DNA from: Curvularia clavata
Lineage: Eukaryota
Length of the DNA: 64,000 bases
Assembly (NCBI GenBank): GCA_023920165.1
Contig: CP089277.1
Coordinates: 1,612,001-1,676,000 of the forward strand
Direction: 5' to 3'
Shown: positions 35,401 through 47,100 of the stretch, piece after piece
Numbering within the stretch: the stretch's first letter is position 1
How the letters are laid out: each line of letters starts with the position of its first letter
Notes under the pieces: model-generated
Seen by the model: only the letters and a program-made list of their open reading frames with translations
Databases searched by the model: none
Told to the model about the DNA's origin: nothing
Program-made: the position numbers and the translations under genes

Positions 35401-38400
35401 GTTTAGAGTTTGGCTGGTGCAACGCGTATGCATAAGATATATTCCGCCGCCATACAAACCCTGCATCTGATAAATAATTCCCCGGGGGAAGTTGTGCAGG
35501 ACAACGTCGAGTTCCGGTGCCTTTTATTTGCTCGAGAGCCGCCTGGCTGCCAGGTTGGGAGTTGATGAGCACCTTGTGACTTGGAGAGGCGTTTCAGGCC
35601 ACACGTTCGCAGCACAGGAGTGGAGTGGCAGAGTCATGTACCTGGGAACGGGTACAAATTTGGCATAGCCAATGTCCAAACAGAGACAGAGAAACGTAGT
35701 GGATCGGCCTAAAGTACCGCGAAAATTGGAATCGAGAAATGCTGAGTGATAAAAAAAATTGATTCATGCGAACGACGTTCCAGCCGAGAGGCGCAAGAGT
35801 CCTGCGCCACGGCATGGTCTATTCGTCGTGCTGGTGGTGGCTGGGTAACGGCCTTGGTATGCGGAGTCCATACTTTGTATGTACAGATAGGCCTTTTTGT
35901 ACATCATGGCAGTGGGAGGTTTGCGCGTCCAATTTGAGATGGACACGACCCACATTTCGCATTCGCCTTCGCCAGCGTATTCCGCTTCCCCTTCCGCCCG
36001 CGTCGGACACGACTCAGCTACCTAGCTGGCCAGCAGTCACGAGTAGGGCTTGCGCTTTTCTCATAGGCGGCCAGGGCCCAACCCCACTGACTCGGAGGGC
36101 CTCCGTCAGGTACAGGGCGATAGATGAGCCCCGATGAATTGGTACATTGCAATCAAGCAGTTTCAAGTAACCCAGAGACCAGGGGTGAATCGGCGACAAG
36201 GTGGACATTCGACGAGGGTGACGGCGAATTGAGGGCTACAAGTGATGTTGATAAACATGAGGGCAAGCGGCATTGGGCAGTGCCGACGGCCTCTGGGGCG
36301 GTTGTGACAGCGGCCCGCTGCGGAGCTTCAGCACGGCCATGACCAGGAAGACCGAGGGAGATCATGGTGAACGGCAAGCAATGTGCACGCGCTGGTCGCA
36401 CCGCATGCCGCAATGAGGCGTGTTTAATAAACGACGGGGGTGAGGAAGCTGAGCAAGACAAAGAAGTGGCGCATAGTACGCTAGCAGCGACACTTGCTCA
36501 TGGGCAACGTCACATGACGCCCTCGACCCGCTGACCTGCCCACAGGTTAACCAGCCCCCCGCCCCCCGCCCCCCACGTCATTCGTATAGAGGGCAGATAT
36601 CATCACAAACCCGGTTGCTAAGAGACTGAGAAGGTGTCAATTTCGCGGCTCATGCTGACACCCGACGAGGGTTGGCAGGGACCTGGGTGAATACGTCGGA
36701 TGTCCATAGACCAGGTCGGTTGGTGCTGCCACTGAGTCGCCTGTCGACCCCCACAGCGGATCTAAACTTTGTTCGCTACCATTCTGAGCCCTGTACATAC
36801 ATACATTGGCATCATACATGTAATAAAGCTGGCCTGCGCAACCCCGACTCATGATACCCTGGTCGAGGATGGAGAGAAAACTTCTCATTCAGCCCATGGT
36901 GCATCTTGCCTGGATTGTGGATTGACTACCCCCCAGCTGTTGCATAGGACGTCATTTGCGAACTTGTGCGAGCTTCTGGACCTGCGTGGACAAAGGAGAT
37001 CGACAGCTAGGCGGGTGCCGATCATGACTCCATCAGGCCAAAGTGTCGAGCTGTCAAGCGACGTCTCCGTCGTGCTTGGCCCTGGGTGAACACTTAGGCC
37101 TTCCCAACCTAAAAAAAAGTGAGGCTTTTTGCATCCATTGCGCTGTTCCATCGTACGTACATACGCCGCCGCCGTTCCAACGTCATCGTCTAGCGATATC
37201 ATCCGACGATAACAACGCCAATGTGACGTACCTTGGATGTGTTCTACGCCATGGCCGAATCAAACTCCAGCTCGGCTCATGTTCCGCGAGGGTGAAGGAT
37301 GCGGCCCCCTCACCACCCTCCCCTTCTACACTTAGCCACTGGGCCCAGGGCGCAAATGGTAAAGCACCTAGTCAGTGGCCACTTCGCCAATGCCGCTTTC
37401 CGATGCCATCTTTTATGTGAATGCTTGTACGCATGAAACTGGCAGAGGAGATGAGGACTAGTCTCAGATCCGACTTTGACCTGTAGTGTGGGATCAGTAA
37501 CATTTTTATGCCGGACCAATGAGCGCTCTGCAGTCTCATCGGTGGCAGCTGGCCCGCGGATGGGCATCGCTGCAGAGACGGACCCTCTTACTCGACTCTG
37601 CTCGCTACCAGCCTTACGAACTTCCGGCTCCTAGTCAGAACCTTTGACGCCAGCGACCGTCACTGAGTTGCATGTCTGCAGCCGACTGCCCTACCTTGCT
37701 GCTGAAGCTCTTCTGCAAAGTCGTCCAAGCAAGGTTTGCGCCAGCTAGGCGTTTCGGGGCGCGGCTTTGTCAGTCAGTAGTCACTCGCACTACGTGACTC
37801 TTAGGCCTCATGGGCTGCCTGTTAGTAGTGGAGCGAGCGTAGCGACTGCCGTCCAATCACATAGCAAGAGTGGCCAACTTCATCGCGGCAAATAGCCGTA
37901 TCTTGTCCAATCCTCGTGTCCAATCCTCTTTTGCGTCCTGAGTTTCACGCCCAAGGGCACTAATCCTGACCCCGACTCCCCTTCGCCTCTTTCGCCTCCC
38001 TCATCCGCTTCCCCCCTCCCTTCCCCTACACAATTAAACTCGGCGGGCGTATCTCGCTTCCGAGTCTCGACATCTGGACCGCATGGGGCCACACCGGAAC
38101 ACTGTGGTGTGTGGCGACTGGAAGTCAGCTCTGATGACCCTCGAAGGATCGTCTTGCAGCAAGCAGGCGCATGAAGTTGCGCAATGTATGCTCCAGGACA
38201 TGGCTGCTCCATCAAGCGGTGAGTGTCTTTGCACAACACAACATCTGGACCCTGGCACTCGTGACTTTGGGCGCGCATGGCAAAGCAAAGAAAGTACAGG
38301 GGGTGCCGTTTCCCAACCCAACGTCAATTGCTATCCTAATCATAAAACTATTGGTACATTGGTTGAGCGCATAGACGCGGTTACAAATGGGAAGTCCGTT

Positions 38401-38714
38401 TACTCTTGCCCCGTGGTTGAGCTTACATAGGTATACATGATTTTTTTGGTGCGATGATCGCATAAGTGTACATGGAAAATGCGTGAAAGACATTACTGTA
38501 ACTGCGTAGCGATGCCATGAAACTGCCCTCTAAAGACCGATATGAAATGGAAGGCGGTGCCCTTTGCTGCGCTAGCTGGGGTACTGATCACCCGTTGCCT
38601 CAGATGCCGACCGTGAGAACGAAAAGAAAAACAGCGCCGATATCCAAGAACTCCTAAACTGTAGTCAAGGCTCTACACCATGCAGAACAATGGAGACACC
38701 TAGTCGCGCAGCGC

Positions 38715-40292
38715 TTAGTACAGCTTGCGCTCCGGGAACACCATATCGTCGTATCCACTGGCAGGGGGCTGGTGATATCCCGTAGGCATGGGAACGTTGA
38801 AATCGTATCCGCTGTCGACCCGCTGAATAGTATCGGATGACATGGACGAACTTCGACTGCTGCGTTCGCTGCTGTGCTGGTGGAAGGATCCGCCGTAACT
38901 TCGAGATATTGAGGCCATCGGCATCGCAGGGTACGATGATGGATAGGAAGAGGCGGACGATGACATTGCTGAGATACGTCGGTCCTTGCCGCGACCCTTG
39001 ATTCCCTTGTTCGAGTTCTTGTAGAGAGAAGCGAAGTACTCCCATAGCTCCTTGTCCTCTTTGGACACATAATCGCCCATACTGATGGTTGCAAACTTGG
39101 TCGTGAGATACCTCAAAGTGGCGGCATGAAACTTGTTCTGGTGAGACTGCGACTCGTCAGTGCCCATAAGTTTCAATCCAAATCGATAATACACACCTTG
39201 AGGTTACCTAGCTGGGTGAATTGCTTGCCACAGTCATCGAGCTTGCAGGTAAAAGGCTTGATCTGCTGGTGCACAATCTTGTGCGCGCGAACGTTGCCTC
39301 TCTGAGCAAAGGTTTTACCACATATGTCGCAGCTATACGGTCTTTCGCCGGTGTGTCGTCGCTCATGTGTCTAATCATGTTAATGGGATGCATGGAATGA
39401 TGGATGTCGAAGAGCGTACCTTGAGGTTTCCGAGTTGTGAGAATGATTGTCCACAACCTGGGGCCTTGCAGTTCTAAAGACTAGGTCAGATTTGTCCGGA
39501 TCATTGGAGTGTACGGTAGCCTTACGAATGGCTTAGCTCCAGTATGGGCACGGATGTGAATCTCCAAGTGTGTCTTCTGGTAGAAGCTCTTGTTGCAGTT
39601 AGGTACAGTGCATTGGTAGCGCTTTCGTGGTTTCTGGGAGTTCTTGGAAGCATCCTCCTACTCTATTATCAGAATGGGTAAGTTACAGAAGAAGCAAGGG
39701 TGCGTACCTTGGACTCGGTCGGCTCGGGAGGTGTGGTCTGCTTTGCTTGGATGGCTTTCATCAGTGTGTCCACGTCTGTCGCGAACTGGACACTAGTGCT
39801 CTCTGTGGGTACCGAGTTGGATCGTTTGCCATCAGCTGGGTAGGAAGTGTCGTTATAGATAGGATTTGACTGGAGCGGCGACGTGCTCTCAGCCTTGACG
39901 AGGGGGTTGAAGAGGTTTCGGCCGTCCCGTACTGTTGGGAGTTGCTGAACGTCGTTGGATGGGGGATAGGACACGGGATGCGGGATGCTTGATGGGTAAT
40001 ATGATGATTGGGGGATGCTGTAGGGGTTTACTGACGAGGCATCGTACGCGAATGCCCCGGGTTGGTAGGGTACTGTGGTTGCAAGGCCGTTGGCTGAGTA
40101 GAGCGGCAGGCTCATGTCCATCTGTGTGGAGGTGGGTTGGAAGCTTCGCGAGACAGGAGCACTCGTAGCTGCACGCGAACTGTCGTACTGAGTGATCATG
40201 TTGGAGTTGTGCATGTTGGACATTTGGAAGGAAGGTTCTCGTCGTTCTTGCCAAAGACTAGGAGTTTGATGAGAGCCAACAACAGCAGCCAT
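38715..40292 (-). CDS. AZF1: C2H2 zinc-finger transcription factor, AZF1-like (4 fingers)
   Basis: Exons 40292-39708, 39657-39526, 39473-39420, 39370-39197 and 39146-38715, giving 458 aa. Fingers include [45 protein letters not shown] and [15 protein letters not shown]. Confidence 0.88.
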
Positions 40293-43200
40293 GCTAGGAG
40301 AAGCTGGTGCCACAGGGAAACGGAAGAGGCGGGAATGCTACTGTCCACGGACTCGACGGGAGTGGGACAAGTCAGGAGAGGAAGCGGTAGCTACGGCTTG
40401 GGCCGGAAGCTTTTTGGGAAAGAAAAGAGGATAGGGATAGAGCAAGACAGCGGTAGGGTGAAGATGCAAGACCTGATGACGTGGGAATCTTGTAGATTTG
40501 TTCGATCGATCTGGTTGGGATTGGGGAGTCTTTTGGGGTCTTTACATATGGATGGGCCAGCCCAGTACACTACCACTGAGCATCCCGCAGAGCAAGGATG
40601 GTGATTGTTGTGGAGCCCGAGTGGCCTAGGGACTGGAGCGGACATGCTTGCAGCAGGAGAGACAAGGAACATCGCTCTCGCATGCAGCCAAGAAAATGGT
40701 GGGTGGTGGTTTTAGTGCAGAGCTGACGGGCAGGGGGGGTGTGGGCTATGGGGGGGTACGGGGCACGACATCCGACCAGGATGTAGCCTCAGGGCAGAAC
40801 CGGGGTACTGTCCCAGGTGTGAACAGACCCATGGCCTCGCCGTCTCATGTGCAGTGTGGGGGTCGTCCCATTGAGCTCGCCCAAGCCACTCTGGATTGGG
40901 CGAAACAGAGATCGCCATGATAGCTCTACAGAGCCACCCACTGGATCCCATGCTGGACTATGATAGATGCGCCGAACGGTGCTCAGCGGCGCTCTGTCGC
41001 CATCTTGACACAGGTCTGGGCGCGCAACCCTCCTTTCTGGGTGTTCCAGGAGGCTGGTCAAACAAAAGCTATCTTGTTTCCAGAGCGGTGGGTGTGCCAG
41101 TGAGAGAGAGTGTGTGTGGTGTGGTATGGTGTGGTGCAGTGCGTAGGACCCCTCTGACAGGCACGGGAATTAGCAAGACCTGGTCGGGAATCCCGGTGAG
41201 GATCATCGCTACGGGCTTATCGTGGCTTGCCTCTGGTCTTGGTGTGGCAGCGTAGGTCGAGCGCGGCCCACGGGGTGCCGTACAACCACACGTGGTTGCA
41301 GATTCGCGCTATTGCGTCCAACAATCGACGGCGTCGTGGCGGACGACGCTTCTTCCCGGGGCGTTTGACGGGACCGCAGATGACGCCCCCTCGAGCGCCA
41401 ATCATTCGAGTATTGGGACAAGCTCATCAGAGCGAGGGCGCGAATTGAAAGGCCCCGCCTGCGAGGTACCTTAGGTAATCTGGGCCTGCTCCCGGAGGTA
41501 AGGTCGATTGTTAGTCGCATGTACCAAGTATGGGAACCCCCGACTGTCAGTCGGGGCAGTGGATGGCCGTGCCGCCCCACCGCGGCGTTAGCTCGAGGTC
41601 CCTGGTGGCAGCGCCATCATGGCAGAAGCTGAGGGCACTTGTTGCGCGATACCATCGTGCTCAACGCACTAGTCTGTGTTGCTGCGACGGGTGTTTGCGC
41701 CGATTCAGTTTTTAGAAGCAGAACGGGGCATCTGTCGAGTGTGGAGGTGGGCCAAGTCACGTGGCTGTCTGCCAAGCCATGTCCCATTTTGTTTATTCAC
41801 GCCATCACAGCAATTGCGAAACACGACATCCATTCTCCTTCCGCAGTCGGACAGACGCCCTCCAATACTTCGGGTTAGCGGACAACGAACAGCCTTTTCC
41901 TACACCCTTCCATCGGCGTCGTGGCCACGCTCAGAACCTTCCCCAGGCGCCTGCTCCCTGGCACCTGGGATGTCACAGACGATCAAACCCATTGCAACCC
42001 GCCACCAGCGAGGTCCACCTGTGAACTCTGATCTCCCGTGGCGTTGCCCTCATCGCCGACTTCTTCTGGGGCTCCGCTACCCGCCACCGACTCTTGTGCT
42101 GTGCGCCTTGTCTGTTGCGCGATTCGAGTTCCTTCCAACGGTCTCTAGCACCGCCAGCCTTCATCTTGTCTATCAAAACGCCCAATTGGGGCTTCTGCCT
42201 AGCCTGGCGCGCCTACACGGCTCGCCTGTCCAAGACTTTTGTGGACGCCCACAGGCGGAGGCAGCCACAAGTAGTTTGATTACGAGTGGCCTATTCTATT
42301 CTGGAGTATTTGCAATTCCGACTCAATGCTCTAGAAACTCAACAACTTCACCAAAGCATTGACATGGACTAAAACCAGAGCTCTGACCTAGCCCGGAACT
42401 CCGATGTCCCGTACTCTCCCCTCACGGAAGCAGTCTGCTCGTGCTCACTGTCCAGCCTGCAGCTGTTGAAGCGTCTGTACGGCATCCAACCAAGGCAGGA
42501 TCTCAAGGCTGCGAGTACTCTGGGTGGAATATGGCTACAGCAGACCCGAACTAGCACTGTGATTATGGCACTCATTTCAATCTGCTTCTAGTCCAGGCCT
42601 CTCACTCGAGGCCTCACAGTTGTGTGTTGAGACGCGCGTAGGAAGTGGCAAGCCCCCTTTGACATGGATCTGTGGTCAAGAGGGCCACAAGATGCTATGT
42701 GTGCCACACGGGCGCCTTGCAGGAACCCTTTCACTGCCCCGATTAGCGAGATGCTACTTGGACCTCGGTGCTGGCCACGAAGACACCCAGCACAGGGGTG
42801 TCCCTTTAGCCCACACGGCTCCATCTGGAGCGGTGATTGTCGGGTCAATGTGTATGACGGTGGTGGGCGAGTGGCTGGATTTGTTAGGAAATTCATCGTC
42901 CAAAATGGTGGACCTGCAGTAGCCTCAAACACGCGCTGGACACGGTGGTGAGATAGACTTGATGTCGCCGTCGCCTCCTTCTCCCCCTTGTGAGATTGCC
43001 GAGCGGCAACAGACAGAGCATCGGTCAAGGCTGGAGAGCCGTTGTGCAGCAGTCAGGACGTGTGTGCGGTCAACATTGCCATGGGCACTGATAATAGCGG
43101 ACCCGGGTGGGCATGGACGCACGCAAGGGCAGGAATCCTCGTCCGGGCCAGTCGACAGGATTGTGCTCGACGGCGAAATGGAGTAACGGGTGCCGCCACC

Positions 43201-44135
43201 TGTCCAATGAGAAAATGCGACAGCTGGGATAGGGCGGGCTGTCGTCGTGCTCCGCATCACCACCACCATTACCACCACGACAGATGTTTCAATCGAGGCG
43301 TGGTCCGAGCGCCGCAATGCGGACGGCAGCAGCGGCGGCGGTGCGCGGAACCAACGGCAACAAGCCGCGGCCCTTGCTCGGGCGAATGTGACCTGCGATC
43401 ACCCACTAGTCGCGCCCCATCCTTGCTCCAGCTGGTCGCCAGCCCTCCTCGCCCCGTCAGGCGCGTCGTTCAAAGCTTTCCGCTAGCTTGGTTGCATGCA
43501 CGTCACCTGGTTAGGGCCATCTCGACATTGCCCACCGATCTCCCACCCGTCTACACTCTGTCCTGTCAGGCTCACCTTGGTAAGGTGGCCAGCACAGCGG
43601 CAGTGTCAGTGTCCAAACGGATAGGCCCGAGAGCTTCCCCGAACCCGCTGGCCATCTGAATGCGCCATGTTCCCTGCTCCCTTCAACACATCACATTCGC
43701 CATCACAGCATGCTTGCATGTATCCACGTACTCTTGTGAGCGCCTCCAGATAGCTTCGACCATACTCTCTCACACACACCTCTTCACCGCATCCTACCGC
43801 GACGCTGCACCAGCAGCCAAGTTTCCAGTCAGCACGCCCAATACCACCGCTTCACCATCTACTCTACAGTCGCCATCCCATCGCTGTGCAGGTCAACAAC
43901 AGCATGGCCTGGCATCCTGCACACCGCCAAGGTCTCATGTTATCCTACGCGGCCAATGCCAGCCGTGTTTCGTCTCGCAGCTTCCTTCTCACCGGACAGG
44001 TCGATGCAGGGAGGAGAAGCTTTCGAGAGCTCGACTTTGTCCCTTGTCTACATGCTTCCCGAATGACATCTAACCCCGATGCTAGGTCGACGATCGCAAC
44101 CAGAACTCAATTATCCGGGTAGCATCATACCAGCA

Positions 44136-44155
44136 CATGCATGCATGCATGCATG
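44136..44155. repeat. (CATG)5 palindromic microsatellite
   Basis: Five perfect CATG units; self-complementary. Confidence 0.85.
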
Positions 44156-47100
44156 TATCAAAGTCATCTTTACCGGCATTCAAACACTGCTTGATTCTGA
44201 GGTTTGCCGCCAACAAGGAAATTTGCGGATACGATGCTTCCTGTGTCGGTTAAAATCCACGTTCCTTCCAGGTAAAGCGAACATAATCCTAGGCTCGCAT
44301 TCGGCTGTGTTGCCCAATAGGTTCACTTATCTTGCCATTATGGGCATATAATCCACCCTCACCGCAAATACTTAAGCTTGCATACAAGCTAGACAAGCGT
44401 CCCGGTCAATAGGGATGCAATGCAAAGCATCATCTGGCCGAGCGGCTATCGTAACGCAGGATATGATCATGACATGCAGCGCTGCTCGTGCGATCATTCC
44501 CGCTACCTACCACTTCACCATCTCAGACGTGTATAATTCTGCGCCATCTAGAAACGAACATGGACTGCTTCACTTTTATGGCCCCAATTTATCAGGGCCG
44601 AAGCGGGTCAAAATTTGCTTTGCGGCGGGCCGCAACGTGCTGCAACACGTGGAAAGGGTCAAAGTCATCCATCTTCGGCAGTCATCCTGCTGCAAACTTG
44701 TTGTTTTTGTCCTTACTCAATCCTTTTTGCCCTCATGCCTCCCCCGCATCCCGGCATCGAGACCTTCCACTTGACTCCAGGTTCCAATCAAACACGGTCT
44801 ACAGTTTCGGACCCCATTCTTCACACCTGAAAAGCCTATTACCCTGGACCTAAATCCGCGCGTTCCCGCCCTAGACGCCGCACATTCACAACAAGATCAA
44901 ATGACTTGAAACCTATGATGGCAGTATACTAGAATGCAACTACTATAGTAAGCCTGCAGCTATAGAGACAGTAATATTCGCGTAAGGGTTCCGACGCCCT
45001 GTTGCTCTCAACATGGCACGGGGCGATCGCCATCGCTCCCGCCTACATTAAACGTGGTGGCACCCATGTGCTCCGATGTATTTCGGTGCTGGGGTGAGTG
45101 GCGCTTGGAACATGTCGAGCCACATGATGAAATTCCAGAGGTGGTGTGCATGTCGAGTCAGCTTCCCTGTGGGGTCGTATCTGCATCTTGCACAAATCCG
45201 ATGCATCTTCCTCCATCGCCCCCATGATCAGGGATACTCCTGCTGCACCCAGGACATGGCTCCGAATTACGCGACTACAGGCTAATAGACTTGGCGTAAA
45301 AAGACAGGGCCGTATGTTGCATTCGGAAGATGAGAATGACGATTTTGTGTCACATCAACAAGCCAGATGCATCAGATGCAAGGATTATGCGAACGAGCCT
45401 AGCTGGAAGAGAGCCAAGCTGCATGATCTGAAAATGCGATACCGATGTACCTGAACGATCCGCACTAGCGGAACCGCGAACAATGGTGGGTGGATGCGTG
45501 TGTGGGTAGGGCGGCAAAGATGGCGAGCAGATGATATTCGTGACAAACGTATGTCCTGATGCAGTTTGCGAAATGTCAAAACGCAGAAGGAACAAAAAAA
45601 ACTCACGCGTCAGATGGGTGTAGCCCATGGACGACGAAAACAGGAGAGATCGTTGCAAGCCTTCTCATCCGTCTCCTTTCACCGTGAGCATCTCAACCGT
45701 TACCGATGATATCCAAAATGTGAGTCACTACCCACGTCTGGCGGCGCCGCAGGTATCAAAGTGATCTCCAGACTCTATCTTGAGGTGCCCCACCGGAAAG
45801 GACCCAACTGTCCCCGTTACTACCTCCTAGGGCACGGTTGTCTGTAACCGCGACTGGGCCCGATGCACATCGCTCGAAAAGGAATCCCATCAAGTCTGGT
45901 GTGGCAGGCCATGGCAACGCAGACCAGGCCAGGCCGCGCGCCCTGACGACACATATGTATATGTGGTTGTAGAGTAGAAACGACAGCGCAACGCAACCCA
46001 AGGGCCGTCACGACGAGCGATCTCCCCGAACGCGATATGCGGCAGATGCTGACCCAGATTGGCGAGCTGCTTGTGCCTGCGCCTTTACGATGCAGGCCAT
46101 GGCGTGATAGGACATAAGGAATCGGCCTCGACGCTGTAGACCACTATATTGTGCCAGTGTGCCGGTTGCCGGCGTTACGACCCGCCAATGGCTGCGTTAC
46201 TAGGTGCTCGAATTGCTCGTCTCAAGAACTTGAATGCGCTCCTACATATTCCCATCGTGGTGGCGGTTGGCTACTAGCCGGGTACCATCTCAACGACACG
46301 TTCGGCCCCATCTCGGCCCTTCTCTCAGCCTTCCAGAGCCCTTGCTCCCTGCTATCCAGCCAACTATCCAGCCAACCAGCAAGCCAACCTGCCGCTCCCC
46401 CACCACCCCAGCCGCTGCCCCGATGCACCCGCAGATGCAAGAAGAAAACCTCAGATCTCTGCGCCGCCCGTAACAATAGATCGATTCCGCTTAATTGGCC
46501 TGCACACGGCCCTAGACGCTCATCGGTGAGCGGCTTCCGCTTCCGCTTCCGCTTTTCGTCAATCGCGCCTGATGAGCCGTGCCTCTAGATCTCGGTAGCT
46601 TGACGGGTATCTGCCAACCAGAGCTAGAGGCCTATCATATAATGCGACCTCGTGCTGGACATGCGTGGGATTGCATCGACACACGCATTGACCTAATACG
46701 TGCAGTCGCTGGCTGCTGAGGCCTCCATTGCACACGCAGCTGCCCAGAGCGACAAGGCCCGCGACCTCCGCAGCCTACCCACCCACACCAGGCTGTACAT
46801 CACGAAACTGAACAGAATGCGTTGGGATAATGAGACTTGATCCGCACGCCCCTCCTCTGCCAGGACGCCTTGAAGATGCATTCTGTTTGATCGTGAAAAG
46901 GGGCAGGACCTACGATTACGCCCCAAGACCCATAGCTATCGCATTCGCATTACGCGCCTTGCCTTGGCCAGTGTCTTCCTTCGAGTCTAGCCTCCATCCT
47001 TCACATCCTTTACAGTCGCGTAGCTACCTTTGTACATACCTCAAGTTCACCATCACGAAGTCGTCCTATTGCCTCTGCTATCATGATTGTGAATCTGGGG

